A DNA stretch of 64,000 nt from Rhizodiscina lignyota (GCA_010015805.1 ML978126.1:868001-932000); one strand, 5' to 3'; shown: positions 1 through 13,263, counted from the stretch's first letter. The notes: a model not told the origin generated them from the sequence alone. A program made the numbers and translations.

Positions 1-2028
1 AAGAGATGGATCCGTGACGTGGACGTATCCATTGGATATACGCTGTAGACTCTGGAAGACGTTGAGCAACTCTGGTCGAGCACACTTCTTGTAGTAAATT
101 CTGATGAGCGACTTCTCCAGATCGCCTCTGGTATTCGAAAGAAGGTGCTTCAGCTTGTCGACCGCCATTGTGCGTTCTCCATCCTTCAACTCTTCCACAG
201 CCGCGATTCGCTCTTCCAGCTTGCTTTGGTCCAGTAACGGCCGCCCAACCCACTTTCTCAGTAGTCGCTGTCCGAATTTGGTCTTTGTCCGATCCATAGT
301 CCAGAACAAGCTGCCCTTGGTTCTATGATCAGTCTGGTTTTGGTAAATCTCCAAACTCGTAAGCGTATTGCCGTTGAGCAGCATATGCGACCGAGCACTG
401 AACGGCTGGAAATTCTTCGTAAGGTCGAAGACATGCTCAAGACCATATTCTCTCATGTGTTCAATCATGGACGAGAGACAAATTGTGACGTGCCCAGACA
501 ACTTGTGTACTTTGTCCAAAATGTGAGCTTTTTGTTGCCCATTTTCTTCAAAATTGGTTATCTTCATCTTGTCGGCGTAGAATTTCGAGACGTTGCTGTA
601 TGATTCAGCAGCTATCGTTTTCGATTTTGCTATCCGCTCGACACGAGCCTGGTCACCAAAGACGTTGGATTTGCTGCCCGAAAGATGCTTGATGAGCTTC
701 TCAGTTGTCTTGGAGAGCTCGCCGACAATGAGAAACTCAGCAGGAGCAATGTGCAGAAGCCTAGTCTCGATATCAGACCTCATGAAACCATCTTCAAAGT
801 CGTCGTAGATGATATCTCCGGTTGCGGGCTGAACGGCAACAATGCCCACATGAACTTTCTCATCCGAACCGTATCCAAAGTTCGCATTCGATTCAGTGAG
901 ACAGAGCATGAAGCCTGTTGCAGGTGCAGCGTTCGCATTGCTGTCCCCTTGGAGGCCTTCCACATCATCAATGTAGGTTGCCTTGGTGTACACATTTGTA
1001 AGCTTCCTCACGAATGGGGCATTCCTATTATCCCCAACAGCCTTGAGTGCTGCAGTCTCCAACTGTCTCACTACACCAACTTTATGTCCAGCCTGTACCA
1101 GCCTCTTGACGTGCACATGTAGGCGATGCACTGGAATGCTGGCAGAAGCAAATCGATTCAGATGTGCTTCGGAAGGATGTTCATCGAATCGCATCTTGCC
1201 AGGTATACAGACAATACCCAACTCTTTTGCAGCAACCCTGGCATCTTCTCCAAAGAACTTGAATTTGTATCCAACCTCTACCACGAGTAATTTGTCCATG
1301 TGTGCAGTCTTTAGGTCAATCACCTGCTTCACCATGGGTGTGAGCTTGCTGGTCTTCGGCGCCTTCTTTCTGCCATTCTGTTTTGGTTGAGACTCTTTAT
1401 CTTCCTCAGCCACTTCGTCGCCTGCATCGTCTGTCTCCGAGTCGACGAGGGGGTCTCGTCGTTTCAATTCGGCAATACTGTCGGGACGACCGAGTTTCTT
1501 CACAAATTTCTCGTGTAGGCGTTGCTTCGCTTGTCTGGTTGCATCATCGTCTGGCTCTTGAGGTGTGACGTCTTCGGACACCGGCGAGCTAGAGAAGAGA
1601 TATTTTGATGTCCTCTCTGACGCCTTGACGTATGCTCCAGCTGACCCAGACTCTGTTCGTACAGGCTTTGCAGATGTAGTAAGATTTGGAGAATGCTGGG
1701 GTTGTTGTTTGGGCGGTCCGTCGTCGCATAGTCCATCCGATGTACCCTTTGCCTTCTTTCCACTCGGTTCTAAATTCTCCACATCACTACCATCATCGTC
1801 AAGAACTCTTTTGATGCCCCTTGAAGGCTTCCTCCTCGACTGTGCTGTATTCTGATTTGGCCTCTCGTATAGTGTGTCGTCATCGTCGCCATCTACCGCG
1901 CCATTCGCTTGACTTGCAGAGGTAAGGGACGTTGGCTTGGGAGCTGCAGCAGGTTTTGGGGTGAAGAAGCTAGAAATCGAGGATTGCTTCTTGCTCTGAG
2001 ACGACGGAGTCTGTGATAGAGGTGCCAT
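1..2028 (-). CDS. MSH3: DNA mismatch repair protein MutS homologue 3; 3' end runs off the window
   Basis: Not in the ORF track, consistent with no stop inside the window. Manual minus-strand translation from ATG 2028 gives [25 protein letters not shown] (PIP box QxxIxxFF). Further in it reads [13 protein letters not shown]...[32 protein letters not shown]...[60 protein letters not shown], the Msh3-type MutS domain I (GYK motif). Confidence 0.95.
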   Translation of the reverse strand, partial: MAPLSQTPSSQSKKQSSISSFFTPKPAAAPKPTSLTSASQANGAVDGDDDDTLYERPNQNTAQSRRKPSRGIKRVLDDDGSDVENLEPSGKKAKGTSDGLCDDGPPKQQPQHSPNLTTSAKPVRTESGSAGAYVKASERTSKYLFSSSPVSEDVTPQEPDDDATRQAKQRLHEKFVKKLGRPDSIAELKRRDPLVDSETDDAGDEVAEEDKESQPKQNGRKKAPKTSKLTPMVKQVIDLKTAHMDKLLVVEVGYKFKFFGEDARVAAKELGIVCIPGKMRFDEHPSEAHLNRFASASIPVHRLHVHVKRLVQAGHKVGVVRQLETAALKAVGDNRNAPFVRKLTNVYTKATYIDDVEGLQGDSNANAAPATGFMLCLTESNANFGYGSDEKVHVGIVAVQPATGDIIYDDFEDGFMRSDIETRLLHIAPAEFLIVGELSKTTEKLIKHLSGSKSNVFGDQARVERIAKSKTIAAESYSNVSKFYADKMKITNFEENGQQKAHILDKVHKLSGHVTICLSSMIEHMREYGLEHVFDLTKNFQPFSARSHMLLNGNTLTSLEIYQNQTDHRTKGSLFWTMDRTKTKFGQRLLRKWVGRPLLDQSKLEERIAAVEELKDGERTMAVDKLKHLLSNTRGDLEKSLIRIYYKKCARPELLNVFQSLQRISNGYVHVTDPSL

Positions 2029-2090
2029 TGGGTCTATATTCAAGGTGGCTGAGAAGTTGGATTTGAGTTGAGAGAAGGGGAGCTCGAGAT

Positions 2091-2138
2091 CGCCGCGTCC
2101 CAAACGGCCGTCCCGACGCGGTCGCGTGAACACGTGAC
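2091..2138. promoter_or_regulatory. Cluster of CGCG (MCB-like) elements plus a CACGTG E-box upstream of MSH3
   Basis: The sequence cgccgcgtcc...gacgcggtcgcgtgaacacgtgac lies 60-110 bp upstream of the MSH3 ATG. MCB-like elements are typical of G1/S DNA-repair genes. Confidence 0.4.
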
Positions 2139-2370
2139 AGACCTAAATTAGCCATTCCAAAAGTCAAGGCGAAAAAAGTTTGAGATGAGGCAAGATGTGG
2201 ATGTTGCATGATATTTATTCTCATCAAAGATGTTAGGGTATAGTAGGTAGTATATATACAAAAATCGTCACTTTCTAAGCCGGTCTGGTATCATATCCTT
2301 AACCTAGCAGATTTCCAACCGAACCTTTCTCGATCAAATGGTATCGTACTGAAGGAAAATTGTTTTTGGA

Positions 2371-3859
2371 TCAAGCTCTTGGTGATCCGTTGGAAGAGCC
2401 ACTTGTGTCTAGCGCGCTTGTTATGAAATCAAAGCTGTCTTTGCTCTGACTCTCCGTTGGCGCCCGACCCAGATCTGAGTCTGTTCCCACATGTTGTTCC
2501 ATGCTGCCGATCTTCTTGTTGCGCTCCATGTTTTGCTTCGCCTCCTTCTCCGCGCTGCTTCTCAAGCTCGCGAAGTTGCCCAGGCGCTTAATCTTCAATC
2601 CAAACCTACCCACTCCACTTGCACTCATGCTCTGCTTCCGTCTTGCTCTACCACGATCGTCCAGCGTTTCGCCATCGTCGAGTAGACGTCCAGAAAGACT
2701 CATCCTCGGCTCACGGTTTGCTGTCCGGTCGGTCGGGGAGGCCTCGATATCTTCAAAGTGCTCGTCATCGTCATCGCGAATTCCAGCCTTCTCATTCGGG
2801 ATCATATTTAGATTGTTGGATTGCATCGCGTGCATGTCTCCGTCGAGTTTCAGGGCGCCAAGCCGTTGTAGCACGGCTTTGAAATCGTCCAGCATAATGT
2901 TATCGGTGAGACACTTAAACACCAACGCAAGCTTCCAGTAAGGGTTTATTCTATAGATTCAGTTAGCCATGTCTTTCGTCTGCAGCATTTCATCTAGGCA
3001 GCATGTGACTTACCCATCCGTCAGACTTAATCCGGGAATGACACTTGCCATAATATCCATGACGGTGAAAGAAATAGCGAGACAGATGGCAGCGAGAAGG
3101 ATCCCAAATCGAGGCGACTTCTTTACCAGCCTGAAGACGTTCAAGGAGTAACACTTTCTTATAACGTGGAAGAACGTCATACAGCTGAAAACCCACCATG
3201 GGTCTCGCATCAACGGTTCGTAGGGGCGAACTTTCTCATAAAGTTTGCTGATGTTGTTGAAGTATCTGAAATTGTTGAAGATTTCGAATATCAGAACCGG
3301 TATGGTCATCGCCAGAGTTGTAAGGTATATTCTCCTAACCCAGATACACACCAAGGGAGGAAATGATCCTTGGCCAGGTTTGTAGAATGGTCGAATCTTA
3401 AGCCAGGCGACTATGTTGTGGGTAAAGTAGGAGCAGTAAAGGAGAGTGGCCGTGGAAGAGAGGTACCAGCCATAGCCTTTGAAGCCCATGAAGCAGAATG
3501 TACCATGGGACATGGCCAGCAGTAACTGTTGAAACGCTCCGGTCAGCGCGACTGTCGCCTGTGCACAGCGAGCGATCCCAGGACAGGAACCAACTCCCTC
3601 ATTAACATACCTCAAGTAGAATGAGCTTATGTAAAAGAACGCCTCTTCGCATATTCGCGATTGTGATGACGCTCATAATGAGCAACGCTCCAAACATGCA
3701 ACCCTCGCCCCATCCTTCCACGATGAAGCCTTCGGTATTCGTATTGCGCCAGTCGCCAAAGTTGGGCGACGAATTCGACGTAGGATCGTGAGAAGCATCG
3801 CCATTTTGGCGTCGAAATATTGATCGAACAGGGTTGGTATGCAGGTCGATGGGCGCCAT
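2371..3859 (-). CDS. Conserved fungal multi-pass membrane protein of unknown function (3 exons: 3611-3859, 3014-3525, 2371-2950)
   Basis: Introns 3526-3610 (GTATGT..CAG) and 2951-3013 (GTAAGT..CTAAC..TAG) join three ORF pieces in frame. The product has several hydrophobic helices, the motifs LHKLILLE, YEPLMRDPWW and GINPYWKLALVFKCLTDNIMLDDFK, and a hydrophilic C-terminal tail. Confidence 0.8.
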
Positions 3860-5299
3860 TGCTAGAACAGCGGCTCGTGCGCTTTGCTGTAGTCGTGGAG
3901 GTAGCGCAGCATTGGCGAAGTGATACAGAACCGAAAGAAGAAACTCGTAAAGCGCAAAATCTGACGTTGATGATTTTGACGACGAAATCGGCCAAAGTCG
4001 GTCTATAAATTCGGGACCTGGTGGAGGAGGCTAGAGATCATGTCACGAGCGGTTCGGCTTGCCTTCTCCGTGCGTGGCCATGCTAGATGGGCCCACACGC
4101 GAAGTCGAGAACGTTGAAAAGATGCAGGAGAGAGTCAGTGGACGGCAATGGAAAGTCGAAAGAGAAGAGAAACTGAAGAAGAGAGAAGCAAGAGGAAATG
4201 CGCTGACGCAGGAGGAAAACCCCAACATCAAAGCCTTGCAAGTCCAAGCCGCCAGGGCTTCCTCCGCATTTGCCATTTGCTCACTTCCTCGCTGGCACAC
4301 AATCGACGAGCCGTACCACCGTAAGAAGTTTGCCTTGTGCGGCTGATTCTTGCCCTCCAGGGCCTCCACCGACACCCTGTCTACTCCGGCTTTGCTGGGC
4401 TGGTTAAGCTGCAGGAAGGTCGCATTCGCCAGAGCCAGCATGCAGCGGCTCCAGCTTTCACCCATGAGCCCCTTGGCGGAGGTGGCCCAACGAACGATGG
4501 ACACAGGACACCGTCGGTTCTGACTCGAGCGCGCGCGACTCGAGTGCGGAGTTGGGGAATGTTGGATCGACATCCTTGCACAAATGACGTGCGGCCTTGA
4601 GCGACGCCCTGCATAAGATCGGTGAAGAGCAAGGGTGAGGCGGGCGAAAGGTGAACGTTTTGTGGCTGATATCACGTGTCGGATCATCGGTGAGCCCGCC
4701 AGAGCAGAAAAGCTCTGGTCGATCGCCTCGGAGCAGATTAGTGTCCATCTTAAACGGAGTGTAGTGCTTACAGGAACGGCACAATTTACATAACCGCAAC
4801 CTTGATTCCTGTAAAGTCCACAAATACCTCTTCCGGGGAATTTGCGAACTCCGATGAAATGGAAGCACGTGAGTGGCAATTGCAGCAAGAATTCCGTTTC
4901 GTGCAACATGCCGTAGATTCGAAATACAAACTGGAGTGCATTGTGAAGCATTATTGAGGTAGAAAATGGACTTCAGACGTCTAAAGGGCTTGTTTGACCG
5001 GGATGTCCAGCTCAGGCAGAGCTGGAGACTAGCCATGGGAGTGTTTCGGATACATGAAGGCGAGTCTGCACTACAACTGAAAGCTCCTTCTTCAGCGCAA
5101 ATCGTGCCCAGCTCCTGTTTTCAGCAGCAGAAATTAATATCGTGCCAGACCGCTACTTTATTGGTGTCGTAATGCGGATTTTCTCTTGACATATCTTCAT
5201 CACATAATTTCATTAAGTCGGAGGAAACTTTTCTTCCCCTTAATCCGTAGTGTACGTGCGCATTGATTAGGGCAGAAGCCACCTCAGAGTTGTCCTTAA

Positions 5300-6260
5300 C
5301 ATTGAAATGGCATTCACTGGTGGCAGTGATGTGTATTCGTTCTACGCAATCTTGACGCTACAATTGACGCTCCGTTTCCAGTGGACCGATATGCCTCTAC
5401 AGAACACCATTGAACAGGCTGGCCATCAAAACATTTGAACCCCTGTTTCGGCTTCTCGCACTGACAAGGCTGCCTTTTCATAAAGTCAATGAAGCATCTT
5501 CTAACGATATCTTAGGGCATAAGGGATGTTCTCCACTATTCATCGTTAGCCTGAGAGATGTCGACACCATAATGACCGCGAAAGGCATTTTTATAAGGCC
5601 TTCGATACTCGACATAGGCGTTGGTACCGTAAAACACTGTCACGGTTCGGAAGTTCTCTGCTGAAGCGGATGACACTCGTGAGTCCATTCCGTCTTCCAC
5701 GGCCAGGACCAAGTGTTACTTAGCCGGCCGTAACCCCAGTTCTCAACGAGGCCAAAGGGTATGAGAATACCCTGCATGTGATGTGGTGATCTTATTTGGT
5801 GAATGTGGAAAGTGACAAGAGTCACTCCACTGGGCTTTCTCACCACAAATTCGAACGTTCCGGAAAAATGCTCATCGTATGTAATGCCACTCTGTAAGGT
5901 TAGGATCTCGGCAATGAAGAACCCGAGAGCTTTAAGAGCTATTGCGTATACGTCTCCCTGATGGGTTGGCCAAGAGCGAGGGAGTCTGAAGACCTCGTTC
6001 GTAATGAACCAATTGCACTCAGATCAACGTTGGTCGGATCGAACGCATATGTGACCTCTGGCGGAACCTCGGTCATCGAGTCCGCGCCTTCAATAAGAGA
6101 GTAGAAGGCAGCCACGTTGCCACCCTGCGGTTCAAGCGCAAGGGCGCGAGCAGCAAAGCAAAAGACAGTTTCTGTCATCTGTGAGAGGACGTAGTATTCA
6201 GTCCACTCTCCCGCAAGGCTCTCAGTGTACAGAAATTTCGAGGTTCTCTCTTTCTGCGCA
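5300..6260 (-). pseudogene. Possible decayed protein-coding relic of unknown family
   Basis: Protein-like segments can be joined across apparent frameshifts and in-frame stops: ...EWTEYYVLSQMTETVFCFAARALALEP..., GDVYAIALKALGFFIAEILTLQSG...ENWGYGRLSNTWSWPW and TVFYGTNAYVEYRRPYKNAFRGHYG. No domain was recognised. Confidence 0.25.
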
Positions 6261-7134
6261 ATAGCCTCCCTCCGAGAAGGTGAAGAGCTTCATGACGGCC
6301 CACATGAACCTTGGGGGCTAAGACAAGACCAAAAAAGTAGAGCAGAAAAGCGGACACACTAGATTTTAGAGGATATGAGATCGAAAGGCCTTGATCCTGC
6401 TCCAGAAAAGGCAAAACCTGAACATGGCCTGACAACAGAATGGCTGCTGGACAAGAGAGCGGTCTGCAGAGCCTGACAAATGGGAAGCGTGCGATTCCAC
6501 AGATGGGTAGATAGACGGTCCAGAATATGCACAAGGTATGAATACTCAACACAGGCTGGCTATCAGATACACCAGGTTGTCGACAGCGCAGAACTGACGG
6601 AGAGGACGTGGAACCTCGAGGAGCTTTTAAGCGAGGACGGGAGATCGTAAAAGGGAGAAAATTAACCAGAATCGGTACATGTGGATCGACAAAATCTATA
6701 AACAGCATTAGCGGTCTCACAACGAGTTTCTAGGAGTCCTTTTGGGCCAAAAGATGGCGTTGAGCGTGGATGGAAGGTCAAATGGAGGGGCATAGACTTT
6801 GCGATGGCATAAGGTGTGGTCGGGCAGAGCCCACGAAGCTGGGGCCTTACCCACCTAGGTTTAGGTACAATTCACCCGTAGCCTCCGTGTCCCCTGGGGG
6901 CGTTTTACTGCTTCAGATTTTAATATAGATATCAGTATCAATAGGTTTTGGTTTGGGTGCTATATAACATCAATGCATACTCAATGTCAGACTAGCAGGT
7001 GGATATTTGCTCGCTGTCAATTCAGTTACATTCGAAACCTCGTCGTCTGGTCGCTGTCTATTGATCTCGTTAAGCCTCTAAATTCCCTAGTCTATCAGCG
7101 CTCATGAATATTTACAGTACAGTACAGTTACATC

Positions 7135-10100
7135 CTATCGTAATCGTCCATCAAGTACACCGTCAGCCTCTAAGCCAGGCCTTATTGCCTCGTCTAACGT
7201 CGCGAACGTACTCACACTCGCCCTTCCTTCGGCGCCCCTTTCTCCGTGCCCTCTACTGCTACCAAGGCCTCCAGCACCTTCACCCCTCTCAAGTGCAGGT
7301 GTATCCGCGTCTTCGGCTCTCCCGAACACCTCCCCATCGCCACCAAACTCGTCTCTAAATTCCGATTTCCCTTTCCACCTCTCGAAGTCCATATCCGACT
7401 CACTAACGGTCTCAACTTCCATGCCTGGCACCAGCGCTGCTGTACTACCACTCTCACTCGCCGAACCGTCGCCGCCACCAGGTACTGCGAGCCGTCCATC
7501 CTGTTTCAATGGCGACATGTATATTGCACTTTCTGAATACGCAAGAACCGGCCTCGACGCAGCAAAATCAATGTCGTCAATTTCTTCATTCCCCTCGGTG
7601 ACCGATCCTTTCCGTTTTTGTGTCGTTGTTGACATACTGAGAACCTCGGCCAATAAGTGTTGACTCTTTGCGTGGACCATCGGAGTGATGAGCTCCTTGT
7701 ACAGCGCTGGATGGCCGAATTTGACGGCCAGCCGGCTTGACGTCTTTTCTCCGCTCGGAGTGCCTGGTGACAGTTCCAGATCCGATTCTGAAGCCAAACC
7801 CCGGGTAGCCATTCCGTCTGTTCCTGTGAGGGCCGGATTTGGGGAAATGTAGCCCATTTTGCTGTCGAAGTACTTTATCAAGTACCACTTGAAACCGGCC
7901 AACAGAAAAGGCAGTGGGATCATCGCGTAGAGCATTCCCCCATTGTGCACTGCGTTCTGAGAGCCCACGCCCTGCGCGCCCACCACTAATGCGATAACAG
8001 CATTTGACAGTAGGATAGCAAAGAGGAGGCGGTTCACAAGCATGCGCCAGAATGCTCCACCGGACTCGGTCTTCGTAAAGCATATGTATTGGAGCATATA
8101 CGTCTTGAACCAGACTTCGACGCCAAGGTAGAAGGCGGTGATTGGCAAAATGATTGGTTGAAGCGTAGCAAAACAAAGTCCGACTGTAGCAGCGAAGAGA
8201 AAGTTGTTGTAGTAGTCAGCGTACTCGAACTTCTGTGGGGCGGTTAATTCGATCAACTCTCGTGGTGTCGGATGCATGTAGCGTTTCTTAAAGGTGTTCA
8301 ACACCAATGGCCACAGCTGGCTGAGATCCGTCGCCGCAGAGAGGTTATGTTGCATCTGCCAAGTGAGCCAGTAGGTGGAAACGTTGCACAAGCCTATCAT
8401 GAGTTGAGTGAACGGGTGTCCTTCCTTGAGTGCGTCCCAGACACCCTTGTCCTTCGATCCTATAACTGCCGCAGCATAGCGCCATGCAGAGGCAAATATG
8501 GAGAAGATGACAAGATTATTGAACACGAAGAAGGCGTAAAGGCGGCTCGTCAAATGGCGTTCTCTACTGGTACGAGAAGCGTCTCCAGAATGAGTAAGCA
8601 GGCGGCGGAAGATAGCCGGCAAGGCGATGTAAAAGAGCGTTTGCACGGCAGGGGCAATAATACCCTGAGCGATACCCCAGCCAGTCGGGTGAGCTTCAAG
8701 GTTCTTCTGGAATGACGACCAGACAAGTCCGAGATGGGAGAAGTCGGAGAGAAAGACTGAAGTCAAGATGTTGGGTATCACGAAGACGGCCGTGAGCAAA
8801 GACATCCAGAGGCTGTCCCAGAACAAGCGATTGCGTCGAGTTGCGCGAGTCATCGGGAGGTTCTGCCAGAGTATATCGTGTGGCTTCGGCGCGAGGGCGA
8901 TAGAGACACCTTGTCGAGCCTTTTTGCTGCTGGACTTTTCGTTTACATAGGCCACAGCATGAGCTGTCTCGATAGAGTGAAACGATGCAAAGCCATACGA
9001 TTCAGGATCTCGCTTGTCGATTGATTCGCGTGCGTCGTAAATTTGAGCTTTCAATTCGCGAATACGGTGCGTGAGATAGTCGATAGCGTCGACTTTTCCA
9101 TTTGCATCTGTCTGGACGTCCTTGTCTTTCTTTGAAGGTTTACACAGTGGCCGCTTCTCAGGAAGATGGTTTGGATCTGCCAGATATTTTGCAAGATATT
9201 TTTCGAGCTTTCGGACAGCTTCGTCATGTTCCTCGATGAGTTCTGGAAGACCCCAACGCCTGACGTTGCGGCCAATTGCTGTACGGGGCAGCTGATCTGT
9301 CGCGTCGCTTGCTGACACGATTTCTGCAATCCCAGTGTCGGTTTGCGCACCAGCGGGAATGTGTCTAAGCTGCTAATAATTAGTTGCAAGCCTCGCCAGG
9401 CCTCCCCTCTTACATGAGCACGTACCAGCAGAGTCCTTGAATGCAAACTGGACGTGTAATCCCAGCTCCTGAAGTACGCCTGCCTCAGACGGAGAACAGC
9501 TCGGTAATTCCACCAAATGAAGAAGCAGATGACCGCCTCAAAGACATATGCGCAAGCTACAAACGCCCAAAACTTCTCGCCGAATATGTATTGCGGTGTA
9601 AGCTTCAACAGGGTGGCGATGTTGCTGTACTGTTTGTAGACTTGGTGGCCTCCAACCAGATTAATGGGAATGATGACCGCACAGCCAAAGATTGTAACAA
9701 CAATGAAGATGTTCCGAATCATTCGAAGGAAACGGAGGAACACCACGGCATCCAGGCCGATCTTATCGACAAGTTCAGGCTCTTTTACTGTTATGGCTCT
9801 GATCCAACCAAGTGGCTGCCTCTCCAGTCGCTGAGGTGCATGTTTTTCATCGGCAGATTTCGCTCGAGGGGCATAGATATGACCGAATCGAGGACGGAGG
9901 AAGCAGAAGACCACAAATAGACCTGCTGACACGGCAAAGGACCAGATGAGGGCGGCGTAGATCGAGTTTGCTTGGACCTAAGAATTGTCAGAAAGTCTGA
10001 GATTGGGAATTGCTCTGCACTCCGTAGCATTCCCGAGGGTGACAAAATAATTGAATCACATGAAACTTGAATGAGTGCAGCAGTGTTCAACGTTGGCAAG

Positions 10101-10373
10101 AGCATCTCTGAGTTATTGATGATCTACGCCTTGGAATGGTATTGAACAACCAATGCGTGACTTTAACACTCATGCTCTATATTAATTGAAGAGCATAAAC
10201 TTCAAACAAGCTCGGCGTGTTGCAACTGTGTATTGGAGGATATGGCTCAACCATTCTGTCACCCTCAAGGGCATCATGGTACGTACCTGCGTATTGAAGG
10301 GGTCCGCTATCAGATTAAGGAATTCGTCGGTACTTGAACTCCCGCCGCTCTGACGGGGATAAAGAAATGACAT
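7135..10373 (-). CDS. CSC1/OSCA/TMEM63-family (RSN1/PHM7-like) calcium-permeable stress-gated channel (exons 10287-10373, 9426-9977, 7135-9369)
   Basis: Motifs FCFLRPR..IYAPR, KIGLDAVVFLRFLRM, DAIDY, YGFASF, LAPKPHDILWQNL, PTPRELIELTAPQKFEYADYY and TESGGAFW. Introns 9978-10286 and 9370-9425 restore one reading frame. Confidence 0.93.
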
Positions 10374-10995
10374 GTCGAAAAGGGGCTACCGCTACTCGTT
10401 GAACGAGCGATGCGGAGCACGAATGGAACAAAGGTGTATGACAGAAGAAGATGGAAAAGAAGATGGAAGAACAGACACGAGCATTGAGCGGCTTATCTTG
10501 CTATGACGGGAGGGAACGCCAGCTTAACATCTGCAGCATGATGTACAATTGTGGGTACAGCGACTTTGGTGCGTACCTGCAGATCGACGCGATAAAACAC
10601 GCCCCACGCGTGCTCGGCGCGCCATCCCTGTCGCCGTTGGGGCGCCGAAATAGAATCTTCCCTGACTCCCGTCAACGCCCGTAATCCCCCTTTTACCGTC
10701 GAGGTGGAATGGGTCTGGATGGGGCGATTCAGAACGCGATAGGAAAATTATAACTCGGTGCATGGAGACATCAACCTTTGTTTCGCTCGACTGGGCCTCC
10801 CTCCGGAGTTTCAGTTGAGGACGATAAGTCGCACGTGCCACAATACCTCTAGATTTTGCTGTCACAAGCCATCTGAGCCGACTCCAGGTATATATAATTG
10901 AACCACAGTTCAACAACGTGGGAGGCCTTCGTCGATATACTCTGCTTTAACTACGATTTGACGCTCCAGAAGTTAAGAATGCCTACAAGATACAA

Positions 10996-13022
10996 TCACA
11001 GTTTACTGCCGCTCGCCAAGGCCTTGATAACCTCACTTGCAGCTCTCTGTCCCGAAGTGACAGCACCTTCTAAATAACCCTTCCACTCGTACGCAAGTTC
11101 GCCTCCTCCAAAATGCAGGTCTCCAAAAGGCTCCCTGAGCGCCGAGCCGTACTGGTTGAGCAACCCAGGCCCCATCGCCGAAGTTGGTGCCCCGCCGATG
11201 AAGTCCTCTTTCGTCCACTCCACGCAATTGACCTCTAGTACGTCTCTTGCCTTGGAGGCCAGCTGAGGTCCAACAAGAGTTGCAAGATGCTCAATAATCG
11301 CTTCCTCGCGAGCAAGCTCACTCAACGCATGCCATTCCGAGGCGCGACGACCGGCGATGAAAAGCGCCAGGCTGTACTGCCTCGTCGCCTCGTCGCTGGT
11401 TTCCCAGCTAAAGCAGATGGGTCCGAGCATCGAGGTGAATTTCCCGACTAGACCAGCGTGCCTCCACCATGGAGATGCGTAAGTGAGAACCATTTTTGCA
11501 TATATACCAGGCTTCGTGCGCGAGACAAGTGCTTTCTTTGCGCGAGGAAGGGGCGGAGAGAAGCGAATGTTGGCGTAAGTATTCGTAGGGATCGCGAGTA
11601 CTACCTTTTTCGCAATGAAAGTTTGTCCCGTTACGGTGGTGACGGTGGATTTTTGTCCGTATTGTGTGATGGATCCAACAGGACTATGGATGATGACACT
11701 CCCTGGTTCCATCGCAGCAGCAAGCGCAACAGCAATCGACGATGTTCCTGGAATAAAAATTTCATCAGAATACTGACACGAGGGAAGCAGTCACTCCCGC
11801 AGTACTCACCTTTCTTGAGCTTTAACGACTGGGCGCCATACTCTCCCTCCGTGACACAGCTAACCCAGCCACCACAGGACTTGATGTAGTCAAAGAAATA
11901 GTGGGCGCCGGTTTCATGTGGCTCTCGTCCGACGATTGCAGAAGTCAAGTGGCTGCACTGTGCTCGAATAGCAGCGTCGTCATATAGGCCCTTCTCTATC
12001 ATCCAATCCGCCACAGACACATCCTCATTCTGTGGGAAATCGTCCCACTTGCGGATATCGCGCTGCTCAGCGGCTTCTGCGATCGTTGCGTAGAGCTGTT
12101 GCACTTTTGCGGCCACGTCATCCGCTGAGGCCTGAATGGTCGTTAGCTGTGGAACGCTTCATTTTCCTATGGCAGCGGAAAAGTTGATGGTTACCTGGTC
12201 CTGGTGGCTGTCTGAACTCCTGACGGCCTGGCCATCAATGCATTGAAAGACCTCATCGCCGTCAGTATATTGCTCTGCAGTCTCCAAACCGAATTTCTCT
12301 GTCAGGGCATAGACGGCTGGCTGTGTCCATTTGTTTATCCACGTCGCTCCCATGTCTATAACTCCTGGCCCACTCTTTAGAGGTTGTGACCGACTTCGCC
12401 CGCCAATTCGATGCCTGGCTTCCAGTAGGACAGTTTTGATCCCTGCTTGCTGCAGTTCATAAGCTGCTGCGAGACCTGAGAAACCCCCACCAACCACAAT
12501 TGCATCCACTTCGACGGATGGGACAGGGCGAGCCACTGCTGAAGCACCTCCTGGCGGAAGATGCCCGTCTGCTTCTGTCCACGGCCTGGAAAGCCCACCA
12601 ACACTGGCTACAGCTTCAACCTCAATCTTGGCTGCTGGAAACGCTAGTTTGGCAACGGGAATGAGCGTAGTCAGAGGTCTATATGTGACACCATACTCCT
12701 CGGTGAGAAGTGCAATGACAGGTTTGACCAGATCTGCACCCGCGTCCAAGGTCCAGTCAACAGCATAGAAGCGAAGCTGTACGATATCACGTGGAGATGT
12801 ACCTGCAGCGCGAAGGACATCGACCACGTTTGCAATTGCTTGCTTCACCTGCCCGCCAAAGGTGTCGGGGAAGCTGCCGTCTTTGAATTGACCAAGTTGA
12901 CCTGATGTGAGGACTAAACGACCAGCACCGTTTATCGATACACCGTGGGAGTACCATCCTGGATCTGAAATTGATGTGCCATTGACGAACGAGGTATATG
13001 GATGGACGTCTCGAGGTGCCAT
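10996..13022 (-). CDS. Fusion protein: N-terminal Rid/YjgF (endoribonuclease L-PSP-like) domain + flavin-containing amine oxidase, with C-terminal PTS1 (SKL); exons 12195-13022, 11810-12131, 10996-11747
   Basis: Rid motifs WYSHGV..LVLTSGQLG..QVKQAIANV..L.AAG....DIVQLRFY..IEVEAVA. These are followed in the same exon by the FAD-binding VDAIVVGGGFSGLAAA..LLEARHRIGGR and DMGATWIN, and later by EPFGDLHFGGGE..WKGYLEGAVTSGQRAA. The protein ends ASGSKL. Introns 12132-12194 and 11748-11809 are canonical. Confidence 0.92.
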
Positions 13023-13263
13023 GACTAGAAATGTCTAAGTCTGGTTTGGGATGATGAAGATGGGAGAAGTAGTAGAGTTAGGACTCTCGCCCTCGTTCGA
13101 AGTGGAGAATCTATTATAGTTACAGCACTTCATTGTTTCTCGTCACGGATTCTACAAGTTTACGATCGGTGAAGACGTTCTCCGAGACGGAGAGACAGAA
13201 GGCTGCTCCAATTGATCTCGTACCCCTGCATAATCTAAGTGCAGCAGGGCGCGGCAATTGCCC

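Noticed and set aside
104..1855. Many short ORFs on both strands, including several plus-strand ones
   Set aside because: They are antisense or off-frame shadows of the MSH3 CDS, which the ORF track missed.
4043..5172. Overlapping 302-aa and 192-aa minus-strand ORFs and short plus-strand ORFs
   Set aside because: No domain or coherent composition. The region looks like the promoter and pyrimidine-rich 5' leader of the gene starting at 3859.
10098..10196. Short AGAGCAT/ATGCTCT inverted repeats in the long CSC1 intron (possible snoRNA or structured RNA)
   Set aside because: The stems are only 7 bp and I found no properly placed C/D or H/ACA boxes.
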